From NCBI GenBank assembly GCA_010405405.1, contig MU004236.1, positions 1,246,070 to 1,310,069 of the forward strand: a stretch of 64,000 nt of DNA, given 5' to 3'. Position numbers and translations under genes: made by a program. The stretch comes from Microthyrium microscopicum. Lineage: Eukaryota. Positions 49,801 through 63,497 of the stretch are shown in pieces. Numbering within the stretch: position 1 is the first letter of the stretch; every line of letters starts with the position of its first letter. A model generated the notes under the pieces. That model did not search any database, was not told the DNA's origin, and was given only the letters and a program-made list of their open reading frames with translations.

Positions 49801-52800
49801 CCAATATAAGGTTAATAAAACTATCTAACGCCTAAAAGGTAATCTTTAACGAGCATTGTCCCTAAAGTCTATTATATTTAACGATACTAAGCTAGCTATT
49901 ATTAAGATATCCCTCACCTCTATAGTATACAATTTTCGCCCTTAAGAAGTAGTTACTATACCCGTAGTAAGCAATTAGTAAATTACTTACAATACCGTAT
50001 TCTCTCTAAAGTAAGGCTACTACTCAAAAATCAACATCTTTATAGACACTAGGAGTAGAGCAATAAGAATCGTCTACCCCAACTTTATTAAATAATATAA
50101 GATTCTTACTATTAATCTCTTTGCCCCTTAAATCATATAATTAGCTAACGGTAAGGCTATTATAAAGGTTAATAAAGCCGCTATAATTAACGTTCGTTTA
50201 GGAGAGCATATTAAACAAATCTACTACTTCGTTATAAACGTTATTAGCTATGACCTCATTCTTAGCAACCTATAGATTAACCTCTACGAGGTTACTCTTA
50301 AAAAAGGAAAGAAGCAAATCCTTTTTAATTTAGACTACTGCCTAGTATACTGCTTACTAATTAATTGTCCAATCTTAGTAGATTATAAAGGCCACTTAGT
50401 TAACCTAACTAATCCTTACTTTAAGAACGTTACTATAGTTAGCGCTACCGCCTTCGTTAAGTTACTCAAACGAGGTTAGCAATTTAGCGAAATCTAGCCT
50501 AACGACTTTAAAGATAAGAAGGATAAGAAACCTCTAGACCTAGACCTTATGCTAAAAGAAGATGTTACTATTAACTTAAATAAAATCTTATCTAAGGACT
50601 TTAAGAAGTAGCGAGAGAAATACGATAAGCCTCCCCTCTTATAAGAAGAGATTCTTAAACGTCTATTAAAAGAATATCATCGTTATATAGACGTCTTTAA
50701 CCTAAAGTTGAGCAACAAACTTACACTGTACTATAGCGAATAGAATCACTTTATTAATATCATCCTAGACGCTACTATTCCTAAACGCCGCTATAATAGC
50801 TTAGGTTATTAGGAATCCCTTATAGTTAAACAATACGTTAATTAGATACTTAGCTAAGACTAAGTTTAAGCTAGTAAATCGCATTACGCCGCACTAATGT
50901 TATACGCACATAAGCTAGGAAGAGGAATTTAAGTTTGTATTAACTACTATAGACTTAATAAGATTACGCAAAAGAATTACAACGTTTTTTTATAACTATT
51001 AGAAACACTTACCTATATCTATTACGCAAAATACTTCTCTAAATTTAACGTTATTACTACCTTTATATATATCCGTATTAAACCTAGCAATAAATATAAA
51101 ACCGCATTCCTAACTCATTACAAGTTATATAAATTTAAAGTTATACCCTTTAGCCTTATCAAAGCCTTAAGGACCTTTTAAGCTTATCTTAACTATATTC
51201 TAATTAATTACCTAGACGACTTCGTCATAAGCTACATAAATAATCTATTAGTCTTTAGTAATACTAAAGCTGACTACACCGCTTATATTTATCTAGTCCT
51301 AGAAGCAATAGGCAAAGCAGGATTGTACTTAAATATCTAGAAGTATAAATTCAATACTTAATGAGTTAAATACCTTAGCCTAATCATCACTACTAAAGGC
51401 ATCAAGATAGACCTAAAGAAGGTTTAAAGCATAGTTAACTAGTAACGTCCCTCTTTAGTAAAAGACGTTTAAGCTTTCTTTAGCTTTACCAACTTCTACT
51501 GCTAATTCATTCTTAAATATTTAAAGACTATAGCACCGCTAATAGCACTTATAAAGAAGGACGCTATAGCAATCTTTCCTTAAGACCCTAATAAGCTAGA
51601 GGAACGTGCATTCAAGAAGCTAAAGTAAGACTTCACGTCCGCTAAGATGTTATATTACTTCAACCACACAAAAGAAACATAGCTAGAGATAGACGCCTTA
51701 AATTAGGTTTATGCTGTAGTTCTCTCTCAAAAAGGTAACAATAGGAAGCTTTACTTAGTCACGTACCTCTTAAAGAAGATAACCTTAGCAGAATATAATT
51801 ATAATATTTATAATAAAAAGCTTCTAGCTATTATCTACGCATTTAAAGAGTAGAAACTAGAGCTATTTAGCTTTATTAACCCTATTTAAGTGTTCTCTAA
51901 TTACCACAACCTTCAAACGTTCATAATAATAAAACGTCTCTCTTAATAATAAGTTAGATAGGCTGAGTTCTTCTCCTAGTTTTACTTTAAGATAAAGTAC
52001 TACCCAAGTACGACTAATAGAAAAGCAGATGTCCTTACTTGTTAGTTATAAGATATTCCGTAAAGTAACAACGACCCTCGCGTCTCTTAATAAGTCTAAC
52101 CTTTGCTATTCCTACACTAATTTGATATAGAATACGTAGTAAAGCTAGTTATATTACTTATTAAACTTACCTACCTCTTAATACTATACTTAGCTACCAT
52201 CACTCAGGATAAGTTAGATATTTCTAATCCTATAGGTAAGCTACTTAATTCTATAGGAGAGTCTCTTAGTAATAATAAGACGCCTAAGGGTGAGCTACTT
52301 AATCCCTTAAGAGATAATCTATTTCTAGATTTTAATAGTGACTAGTTCCTATAAGATATTATAGACGTAGTAAAGCACAACAAAATAATAATCGCCATTT
52401 GCCACGCTAAAGCTAATCACTAGCTCTTCTTACTCTTTAATACTCTAAAATAAGAGCAGATTAAGCTTAGAGACTGCGTAGTAACTACTAATAAAATAAT
52501 CCTCTATTATAACTAAATCTTTATCCCTTAAGGCAAACTTTAGCGTTACGCCATGTAGAGCGCGTATAGCCATAAAGCTATAAGCTATAGCGGAGTAGCA
52601 ACAACTTATTATTGCCTATAGAAAGATTACTAGTAGCCTAAGATATTACAAGACGTCAAAAGCTTTGTTAAAGGCTATAAATATATATTTGCTAAACTTA
52701 TTTACCAAAAGAAGTAAGGCTTCCTATATTAATTCCTTCTCTCTAAGCACGCGTAGTCTAATATCTTTATTGACTTCACTATCTTACTACCTTGCTATTT

Positions 52801-54518
52801 ATACCAAGGTATAATCTACCAACACGTTATAATAGTCATTAATTAATATATATAGACCTAACGTTTCATCCCACTGCTTAACCTATCTATAGACTTAATA
52901 GTACTAGCCTTTATTAACTACGTATAAAAGCTCGTTAGCTAGTTATTAATAATTCTTTTAGATTACGGTAGCTAATTTACCTCTACGTTTTAGAAACGCT
53001 TATATAAACGCGTAGGCACAATACTTCATCTTAGTATAGTATTTTACCCTAAAACTAACAATATAATAAAAATCTTAGTTACCGCACTTAAGCAGTTCTT
53101 ACGCGCGTTTATTAACTAGGATTAAGATAACTAAGTAGCTCTTCTACCCTTTACTAAATTTATAATTAATTTTATTATAAACGCTACTATAGGAGTTATA
53201 CCTTTTAAAGCTTAAAACAGATTTAACCCTTATTTAGGCCTTAAGTCCTTACATCGCCTCTTAAAACCTATAAATACCTTTATAGCTACTAATAAGGAAG
53301 CTATTAATATGGACACGATATAGAAAGATCGCGTTAAGATGTATAATTACTTAATAAAGCAATTAATCTAAGCATAAGCTTAATAGGCAGAATACGCTAA
53401 CCGCCATTGCTATATAGCTTTAGACCTAGTACTAGGTAACTAAGTTCACTTAGATACACGAAACTATCCTACTTCACGTCCTTTAAAGACTCTAGACGAT
53501 AAAAACACGGGCCCCTTCCGCATAATTAAAAAGATTAATGCTATTACCTACAAACTTAATCTCCCCTCTTTTATAAAAATATACAATATCTTCTACGCCT
53601 AGGTCCTTTATTACATTATAGACGACGCTAAGCTACTTAAGCACACTAATCTACTACCAGCGGTTATTAAAGAAACTATGAACGATAACGAATAGTCTAT
53701 TAACATCATCGTTAATAGCTACTTCATTAGTTGATATAAGAAGCTATAATACGAAATTAAGTACACTAGTTACGACAAAGCTAAATAGTATAATTAAATA
53801 GCCGCTAAGAACGCGCCAAAGCTTATTACTAAGTTTTACGCTTAGTACCTTAGTAAGCTAGGCCTATATCTTACTTAGATACCACTAACACCAGAGCCTA
53901 CTAGCGACGGTATTAATTATGACTCTAATAGCGTTCCTACTAATTAGGAGGAGTAAATAATTATACTACTAATTCTCCTATATTAATAGGATTACTAACT
54001 ACTAGACTACTAGGACTTAAGAATTAGAGTATTTTAAGGACATCTTAGGGTTCGTTAATACTTCTTAATAGTTGCCTTAGCAAGCTAAAGGTTAAGATGC
54101 TCCAAACGACCAGTAAGGTTAGTATTGCATTATAAAAGAATCAAAATATCGTTTATTACTAAAAGTTTATTAGACTAGACTAGACTAGACTAGACTAGAC
54201 TAAACTAAACTAGATTAGAATAGAATAGATTAAGAAAGTAGATACAATTAGCAATCTATAGCTTAAAGAGCTATACTAAAGGGGGGGGTCATATAATAAT
54301 TCCTCTTTATAGGCTTCATAGTGGTATTATAAGAGAAATCTTATTATAAAATTACGCGCTAGACCCAAAGGGGTTAGCGCGCCTAAGAATCTACTAAGCA
54401 GACTTACTTCCCTCGCAGATCTACAGCTCTTCTAGATCTTCTTCTCTCTCTCTCCCGTTCGTAGATTCTAGAATATAATCTAATTATCTACTCACTCTAA
54501 GTTCCGCAGCTCGTTATA
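46865..54518 (+). mobile_element. RIP-mutated Ty3/gypsy chromovirus C (7.65 kb), TSD CTTAT
   Basis: 227-bp LTRs at 46865-47091 and 54292-54518; CTTAT at 46860-46864 and 54519-54523. Gag with Zn-knuckle remnant (~49470-49530), protease FIDT (~50040), RT YINN from YIDD (~51235), RNase H, integrase, chromodomain (~53690-53860); PPT AAAGGGGGGGG before the 3' LTR. Confidence 0.93.
54171..54230 (+). repeat. (TAGAC)n pentamer tandem array in the 3' region of chromovirus C
   Basis: About 12 pentamer units, the first six perfect TAGAC. Confidence 0.8.
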
Positions 54519-54543
54519 CTTATTAAGTTTCTTCTTCCTTGCC

Positions 54544-54605
54544 TAATTAATTAATTAATTAATTAATTAATTAATTAATTAATTTATTAATTAATTAATT
54601 AATTA
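54544..54605 (+). repeat. (TTAA)n array within chromovirus B, next to the chromovirus C insertion site
   Basis: About 15 units read directly; could be a RIP-converted (TCAA/TTGA)n. Confidence 0.8.
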
Positions 54606-57600
54606 GGTAAGTTATTCGTCATAATAGCTATAGCCTTACTAACTATATAGAGATAGCTATCCTAATTATTAACGCTTTTAATAATACTATTAGCTTTAAT
54701 AATTATATTCTTATTACTATTACTCCTCTTTATATACGCGTTACTAACTATAATGCTCCTTAACCTTATCTACCTACTATATATAAGGTAGCTATACGTA
54801 AAGCTTACTAGAATAACATAAATAAGGGCTTTTATACTTTTACCTAAGTCCTACTTTATTACTAGAATAATATTATTTATAACCTAAGTCCTTATTTACT
54901 AACTACTCTTATCTACTAAAAGATATATATAGTTATTAACTACTATAATCTACAAAACTATACTTTATTTAAGACACTTTATATTAACTAGACTATATAT
55001 ATTTCCTTTATTTTTCTTAGTTCATGCTAACGTATTTATAGAATAAAGCTATTTATACTATAGCTAACTATTCTCCTAATTCCTCTAACAACTATCTTAA
55101 CTTATTAAATGCCTTCTCTAAGGAGTTTACTAATAATTTATAGCCTAACGTTCGTAGCATTATAATTTATTAGGGTACCCTTACTATAATTTAGTTAATT
55201 AGTAGCTAGGCTAGTTATCTTAAGGCCTTAAGTATTTATTATATAAGTATTCTATAACTTAAAGGAACTAAAGTTCGTAAGGAGTAGCGTTATACTTACT
55301 ACGTTAGCTATTCTAATTCTAAGAATTAGCTATAGTATATTAGTTATATTTAGCTTCTAAGATTTTATAACAATATATATTTAAACTATATTTATAATAA
55401 TAATATTAGCTTAAGTAAGAAGTATTCTTATAATAATAAGAAGAAGGTTATTAAGGAGAATAAGAATCCTCTACTATTAACTATCTACTTTAGTCCTCCT
55501 ATATCCTAAGGCACTACTTAAGTTTATCTTCCTTAGTAGTAGAGGTTTATTAGGTATATCTTATTTCTTTAGTTTTCTTATATTTTATAATTTTTTTAGT
55601 TTTATTTAGTAGAAAAGAAAGTCTTAGTATAGATAAAAGAAAAGTATTTCTATATATAAATTATAGATAGCACCTTTAATTATATCTTTATAGAGTTAAT
55701 TATTATAATAGAAAAGCTAGTTTTTAATCTTAGTTATACTTAAAGAATAGACTAGTTTAGTACTAATCTTCTATAATTATCTTATATATATTTTATCTTC
55801 TCTATCTACTTTACGTAGGCTTCTAACTATTTAATAAAGTTAATTAGTTTTTTCGTTATATCTAGATAACCTACCTATTTAATAACATAGACTATATAGA
55901 GTTTACTCTTTATTATTTTCTTATATTTTTTAGCTATAATCTTCTCTACTAGCTACTTTTCTTATTCCTCTTTATCTAAGTCCTTAACTAAGATTAGTAG
56001 TAGATAAGAATTATTAGCGTCTTAACTTAGAAATAGGTTATCTATTACTAGTCTAAGTAGGTTAATATAGAATTTCTTAGTTCTTTATAGCGTATTTAGT
56101 ATAATTATATATAAGCTTACTACCTTTATAACTTAAAACTTAGAGTAATAATAATTAAACTTCTTCTTTATTTATTTAGTCTTAGTATTCTTTAAATCTA
56201 GCTAGACCTAATTACTAACTTCGTACTTAGGTATTTAGATCCTTATTTAGTTAGCTTATTTCTATATTCTTTCTTAAATAAGGGTTATAGTATCTTAAGC
56301 CTATTTCGTAGCTTTTAAAATTATATAAGTAACTTTTTTTTTCCTCTCTTTTAGAGTATTCTTTTATTTAGATAAGGGAGCTTACTTAGAGAAGTCTAGA
56401 AAGGTAAAGTTTTTAAAGCTATAGAATAGAAAGAAGAGTAAGAGTTTTATTATAGATAAGCATTACGAGTTAAGTATAAGTTAAAGTATTAGTATTAGTA
56501 AGAACTAGTTTAATTATATATAATTCGTATATATTTATACTTTAGCTTTAATATCTAAGTTCTATTATTCTATAAAGCTATTTATCTAGGAGTAAAATAT
56601 AGTTAATAGTTATAGCTCTATCTATAGTAGTATATAGAACTTTATTTAGAAGTCTCCTATAAATGCTAGGTTATAATTATAGATAATTACATTAGGAATA
56701 CTATAAAGGAAATAGACGCATTATAAGAAAATAGCTATAACGTCTTTAGCTTCTCTTTAAGTAAGAAGGATTAGGATTACTCCTTTACTTAGCTAATTAG
56801 TAATAACTATTAAGATTATATATCTATTTAATAGAGAGAAGTCTATTATAAAATCTATAGATAGTTCTTACTATTATTAGCTTAGAATAGGTAAAGGCTT
56901 TAGAAAGCCTCTTTTCTACTTATAACTAACCTTTAATTAGCTATATATACTATAATTTTTTATAAAACGCCTTATATTAGCTATAATTCTAGGCTAGAAA
57001 AAGTATAGCTATAGAGCTTAGTAAGTACCTTTACGACTAAGATAGCCTTAAGTTAAGAACGTATAAGCTACTTATAGTATTACTATCTATAAAGGTTCTA
57101 GATTTAGGATTTATAGTTATCTTCTCTAGTAAAGGTAATCCTTATTATTAATTAAGTAGTTAGGAATAGAGATCTTAATGCTTATAATTAATAAAGGAAA
57201 CTTTCGTCTACTAGCTTTAATCATCTAATAGGCTACTTAATAGGTATTATTAGCCTATACTACCTTATTCTACTAGGTTACTAATAGTTTAGAAACGTTT
57301 AGTATTAGTAGTAGTAAGCTAAGGATTAAAGCTTTATTAGCTAGTAGAGTCTCTATTAATTTATCTTTAACTACTATAAAAAGGGTAGTAATATAAATAA
57401 GTAAGACTTATAGTAGTTTAAGTAATTAATCTTCTTAGGTATAAAGTAGTTAAAAAGTTCTAGCCTAGATCCTCTTATTAGCTATATCTTAAAGTATATC
57501 TTATTTATAATAAGAGAGACTATCTACTACGCTATTCTATAAGCCTAGTTAATACTTAATTATTATATTATACTTTACAAGTTTAATAGACTATTAAACA

Positions 57601-60600
57601 TACCTTTTTATAAGCTTCTATAATTTTATAAAATGCTTTAGGTTCTTATAATTAGATATTACTTTAAACTTCTTTACTACTTATAGCTCTAAGTCTTATT
57701 CTTTTAGAGTAAGTATAATTATAAGTATCTCTTTATTATAGATTAGGTAATTACTTTAAGCAAAGTTATACTTTTTAAAGAAATAAGCTACTAGTTAAAA
57801 CTTGCCTATCTTATCCTTTTATACTAGTATAGCTCCTAAAAAGTAATTAAAAGAGTTAGTATAGATAAGAGTCTCTCTATTATAGTTAAATAGGGCTAGT
57901 ATTTAGTTAGTAGTAAAAAGCTATTTTAGCTCCTTAAATATAGCTCTCTTTAAGTCTTTAAATAAGAAAGGAACATCCTTCTAGATAAGTTAAATAAGAG
58001 GTTCTATAATTATTTAAAAGTTTAGTATAAATCTATAATAGAAGTTAGTAAAGCTAAGAAAAGCTTAAACTCTACGAACGTTCTTAGGAGCCTCCTATTC
58101 TTAGATTACTTTAACTTTAGCTAGGTCTATTAAGATTCCTTATCTAGCCTTAATAATATAGCCTAGGTATATTATTTAAGTAGTTACAAATTTATACTTC
58201 TAGATATTAAAATAGAGTCTTATTTTTTATAGCTACTTAAGGATTTTATAAACGTAGGCTTTATATTACTTTCTAGTACTTAAGCTAAAGATTAAAACGT
58301 TATCTAAGTATATAGAAATATAGTTATCTAAGATATCTTAAAGGGCAGAGTTAATAAACCTTTAAAAAATACTTAGAGTATTTAATAACTTAAATAGTAT
58401 TACTATCTATTTAAATAAGCTATATTATATCTAAAAGGCTATTTTCTACTTATTACTCTTATATATTTAAATCTTATAGAATACTTAAAATACATTTAGC
58501 TTAGTAAACTATTATGCCTTTTTTAAGGCATTTAGTATCTTATAGACAAGTAGTAAAGAGTAATAGTCCTTTATAGTTAACTTATTTAACGCGTAATAGT
58601 TATAACAAAACTAAATTAATCTATCTACTTTATAAATAAAGAGAACTAGTGCTCTAGTAGGCAAGTTACTTACTTAAATAAACTTACTTTCTAGTAAATT
58701 ATTAAGGATTCTTCTAAGGGCTAGTAATTCGTCTTAATTCATAGAGTATAATACTTACTAAGGTAACTAAGGTTCCTTTCTATTAGCGTCTAGGATTAGG
58801 TTAATCTTATAGTTTATAAAAGAGCCTTAGATAAGTAGCTATTTATTAGCTAGCTCTCTTTAAAAGAAGTTAAAGTAATCTAAATACTATTTAGGAAGCT
58901 TTTTACAAGGATTAATATACTTCTTTAGAGTAAAGGCTTTTTATAAGTTATAAAGACTTATAGTAAAGACTTATGCGATTAGTATTAAGCCTTCTTAAGA
59001 CTATCTTATCTACTTTCTAGCTTATTAGGTAAGTATCTTAAATACTATAGCTCTAATTGCTATATAGTTATATTTCTTCTAAGGAGTCTTTAGACTTATA
59101 ACTATATAACCTATTTTATTAAAAACTAGCTTCTTAGGTTTTATATAGAGAATAATATTTCGTTTCTTTATCTAAGGTAGGCTAAGGATTATATTATAGC
59201 TTAGGGTCTCTTTTACTATAAAGGCTTAAATAGTTTCTTTATAACCTTTAATATTAATCTTTATAATCGCTATTTTATAGATTTCTTTAGCCTTACTATT
59301 TATCTCTTTAATAGGAATTACCTAAGGTAGTAGTATATATTTAAGTTTACGTCTTTAGGTAAAGTAGAGACTTATAAAGGAATAGGTTAAGTAGCTACTA
59401 TTAATAAAGCCTATATATAAAGAAAGTTAATTTATTATTAAAGGTATTAAAAAGGGCTCTATAATTATATCTTAAGTAAAGAACTTCTAACGCTATCTTA
59501 AAATAATATTTTTATAATTTTCTAGCTTAGTATTACGTCTTTAATCTAAGCTTACTAGTTTTCTAATTCTATATTAGTAACATTATATAGATTGTTATAA
59601 GGATTATTATTTCTTAGCTAAGTAATAATAGCCTTTACTAGCTAGCTACTCTAAAAGACGTCTAGAGCGTTAGTAGTACTAGCCTAGAATCTACTAGTAT
59701 TATTCTATAGGCATCCACCTCTAGTAGTACCTTCTCTACCTCATCCTTATCTATAGCTAGCCTAGCTATAAAAGGAATTCTAACTTCTAAATAACGCTTA
59801 AGGCGCCTATTTATAATCCTAAATTCTATAATTAGCTAAGCTATAGCAAAAATAAAGGTTATTTTACTTATAATAGTCGCGCTAGGCTTAGCTAGCTCTA
59901 ACCTAGACGCCTTTTATTACGTCTAGGTCCTAATTCCTAAATAGTTAACTCTACTAAGTACTTATTTTAGCGCTTAGGCCTCTTAGGCTATAATAGCTTA
60001 TACAAGCTTAAACTATTTAATTCTAAGTCTCTAAAGCTTCTTAGATAAAGGCATCTAAATTATTAGGCTAGGAATAAGTAATTAGGGCTATTCTAAGACT
60101 AGAATCTATAACATTTTCTAAGAACTACATCTAAATAGGAGTAGCCCAAAATTATACTTTAGCATAGATAAGATACTACTAAAACTTAGCCTAAAAAATT
60201 CTTTATTCTCTACTTCCTTACTAGATTCCTTAGAAGTTTACTAAAGCTCTTATTTCTTTATATAGGTTATAAAAGAGAAAGTCTATCTATTCTATAAACT
60301 TACTAAAACTTATAATACTATAGCTAGTAGGATTCTAGATTTAAAGAAAGACTTATTAGGCAGCGTCTCTTATAAGCTAGCTAAATATATAGTAGATTTA
60401 GGCGTAGTTATTTATATAAATCTATTTATTAATATATAATTTTACTTTAATTATTTAGTAAAAACTAGGATAAAGGATTAAGTCTTTATATAAATATTAT
60501 TCTAAGTTTAGGAGAGCTAGTTAAAGGTTTTATAGTAGTAGTTAAAGTAGCTTATATTAAGTAGTTAGAGAATTTATTAAAGAAAATAGAGGAGAGGCTA

Positions 60601-62312
60601 CTAGTCTAGCTATTATAATTAGAGTTTAAGAAGAATTAGCTTATAGAATTAGAGGAGGGTAGTAGCTATAGTTAAAAGTTTCTTTAGTAAAAAATATAGC
60701 TAGTATTAAAAAAAGAGTTATACTAGGCGTTATAGATTCCCTCTAGAGTTATTTCTATTCTTACTACTACTACTAGGTTAGCGTCTTATAGGTAGTATTA
60801 TTTACTTATTATATAAGGATCTTATTACTAGTATAGATATTAGTAAGCTATTTATTCTAGCTATTAATTTAGGTCTAGAGTTTAGTACAGACTACTATAA
60901 TTTATTATATATTCTTATTTAATTATATATAAATTTTGCTAGTTAACTTATTTAGTTATTATAAAGCTTATTCATAACTAGTAGTAGTTATACATAATTA
61001 CGAGATAGATAAATTAAGTATATTATTAAGTAGTAAAATACTATCTATTACTTATTATAAGCTATTATTAGTTACTTCTTAGGATGTATCTAAGTAGTTC
61101 TATAGCTCTATCTATTATTAGTTAATATATATAAAGTACACTTCTACATTCTTATAAGTAAAGCTCTTAGAAGACGTTTCTCTATCCTATTTAGCAGTTA
61201 TTAAGTAAGAAAGATCTTAGTCTACTATTCTAGCTATTTATTAACAAACAAAGAGGAAGTAGGTAAAAAGAAAGGTTAGTTTTAAAGTTACCTAATATTA
61301 TAAGTTAGATAATAAAGAGATAAGTTATATTATAAGCCTACTAAACAAGAAGGTAACTTAGGAAGAAAGAAGAGTTAAGAGACTCTTTAATTAAGGTATT
61401 TATATATAATAGAGGTAGCCCAAACGGGCATAGCTTTAGGGGGTTCAACCCCTAATAATATTAATATAGATTCACTACCAAAATCCTTTATATAGTATAT
61501 GCTAGCAGTATATTCTACTTCTTAGAGCTCTAAAGTAGTAAAAATATAGTATATTCTATACCCTTTAGGCTCTATCCTATTCTATAGGCTAATAAGCTTA
61601 TCCCTACGCCGTATTTATTAATATAAACGATCTAATCTAAATAGTAATTATTTATTTTTATACGAAATTCTTAACGAAGGTATAAGAACTATTAAAAAGT
61701 AATATTACGATACTATTTTAAAGTTAATATAATAAGAATTAATTAAGTAAAGCTATAGTAATAATAGTAACTTCTTACCCTCTTTTTAGTCCATTTTATA
61801 CGCTTTAGCGCGTAGTAGACCTAATCTTAGCTAACCTCTATATTAAATAGGTCCATTAAGTAATTAGCTATTTCGAATTATATAGAATTAGGTTTAGATA
61901 GAAGATATTCTACTAAAGCGATAGTTTTTAATAAATCAATTAAGGGACGTCGTTAAACAATACTAATAATATTAAATAAAGTAGTTATTTTAAGCTTCTT
62001 ACGCTAATATTACATAATAGTTTAAGAATATTTAAGGGCTTTAGTAATCTCGTAGAGAGAGTATTCTTATAATATTATATCCTATACCTGCTAGCGTTTA
62101 AATTTAGTAAGGTACTTACCTAAATTCATTATAAGAAGAGACGAGATAATAAGATTAGTTAAAATAAGTAAGATCTAAAGATTTAAACAACACTAAGAAT
62201 ATTATAAAGTTAGATATTAAGATATATTATCTATAGTAATATATAGAACCGCTAAGCACGCTACTATATAAATTTATACTATAGTATACTCCTTTAGTCT
62301 AGGGTCTCTCCT

Positions 62313-62388
62313 AATCAAGATCCTAGATCTATAGCTAAATCAACAGGCCAGATTTTGCCCTATATAACCACAGAACGCGCAGCAGAGG
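62313..62388 (-). repeat. Right terminal inverted repeat of the Tc1-like element
   Basis: Inverted match to 43786-43860, followed by TA at 62389-62390. Confidence 0.9.
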
Positions 62389-63497
62389 TATGAGCGGCAC
62401 AGAGCCTGCAACAAGTGATCATATAGCAAGGTAACGACATGTTCCATAATGCTCGTAGAGACGCTGTAAAAGTACAGGACACTTCGATTGGTGTGATATG
62501 TGATGGAACACTTGGATGTCTAGGAGCGCTGACTGGCTTTTGAGCTGCATCAGTTCAGTTCAAAGCACAAGAAGAATGTCGCTGCGGTGATTCTTGTCAC
62601 TTGAGGGATGTTGATGGATATTAATGGATAACAGGCGTTGATGGCGTTGAACTGCACAATCTGTTGGCTGCCGCGGCCCTGCCCCGACTCTCCTTTTAGC
62701 TGCCCAGATTGTCCCAACACCAAGACACCCACCCTTTGGATTCCCGGCTGTTTGGGACATGGTGATACATTTGCCGTCCTCCATTGTGTTCACTTGCGAT
62801 ATTCTATTTTTCTGTCTTGTTCCGGCTAAAAAGAAGCAGTGACGGGACAGGACCCTTGGTACCACGGCTGTAGAGATAGCACTCGTTCTCATTTTCATGA
62901 TCCTTACGCGGATTCCTGTGCCATCATCTAGCTTCCGTGACCCGCATCAGTGCCAGCCCAGCTCGTAGTCCAAGTCTGGTCGGTGAAATTGGTGACAGGT
63001 ACGCGGCGCTCTTTTGACACTGCAGTCTCGTCTCGTAAACTCCCAAGACTCCACATCAATCCATCCCACTACTCCATCCTCTTCTCCCTTTCTTCCCTTG
63101 CTCCACCACCTCTTGTATACTTACCTACGCATTGCATCCTGTCTTCTCTTTTTCAATCTTTAGTTGCCTCTTTTCCCTCTTCATTGTACTGTTTTATGCC
63201 AATGTCTGCTGCTATTCTGGGTTGGACTCTTGTTAGAGGTGTCCTCCACGAGGATACAAAGCCACACGACACCAACCCAGCTTTCTGGTAACGCTGTCGT
63301 ACAAATCTGCTGCTTGTCCTCCGTCACTATCGACAACACTTTCGCCATGCCGGGGCACTCGCACTCCTCATCTGGATCTTCAGGTCACTCTCTCAAGCCC
63401 CAGCAATTGCTTTATACCCATATCATAAACTAACCCGTTCAAAGATCGCGACCCGAATCGTACCAATGGCCATTCCCGAACGAAATCGAAAAGCTCT

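Larger units (their letters stand above)
46212..61457 (-). mobile_element. RIP-mutated Ty3/gypsy chromovirus B (~7.6 kb without the nested element), TSD ATATT
   Basis: 162-bp LTRs at 46212-46373 and 61296-61457; ATATT at 46207-46211 and 61458-61462. Minus-strand protease (FINSS from FIDSG ~59400), RT (YLDN ~58305), chromodomain (KWVGY-like ~55880); polypurine tract at ~46374-46390. Confidence 0.92.
45835..62129 (-). pseudogene. Tc1-like transposase pseudogene (62129-61463 and 46211-45835; intron ~61778-61713), split by chromovirus B
   Basis: De-RIP reading gives an HTH region, ALKRxKWTKKR, IVYIDE, GWSPKG, LPAYT, then after the insertion NSIIIMDNAWFH...LPPYSPDFNPIE with 34 residues between D and E. 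Confidence 0.88.
43786..62388 (-). mobile_element. RIP-mutated Tc1/IS630-family (DD34E) DNA transposon, ~3.35 kb after removing nested elements, TA target duplication
   Basis: ~75-bp inverted repeats CCTCTGCTGCGCGTTCTGTGGTTAT... (43786-43860) and ...ATAACCACAGAACGCGCAGCAGAGG (62313-62388), each flanked by TA; contains a transposase pseudogene. Confidence 0.9.

Noticed and set aside
43786..62388. Starship or other giant cargo element
   Set aside because: No tyrosine-recombinase captain; the size is accounted for by two nested LTR retrotransposons.
43784..62390. IS3EU, PIF/Harbinger or MULE assignment based on TAC...GTA ends or long TIRs
   Set aside because: No 6- or 9-bp TSD; the internal transposase is DD34E Tc1-type, so TA is best read as the target duplication.
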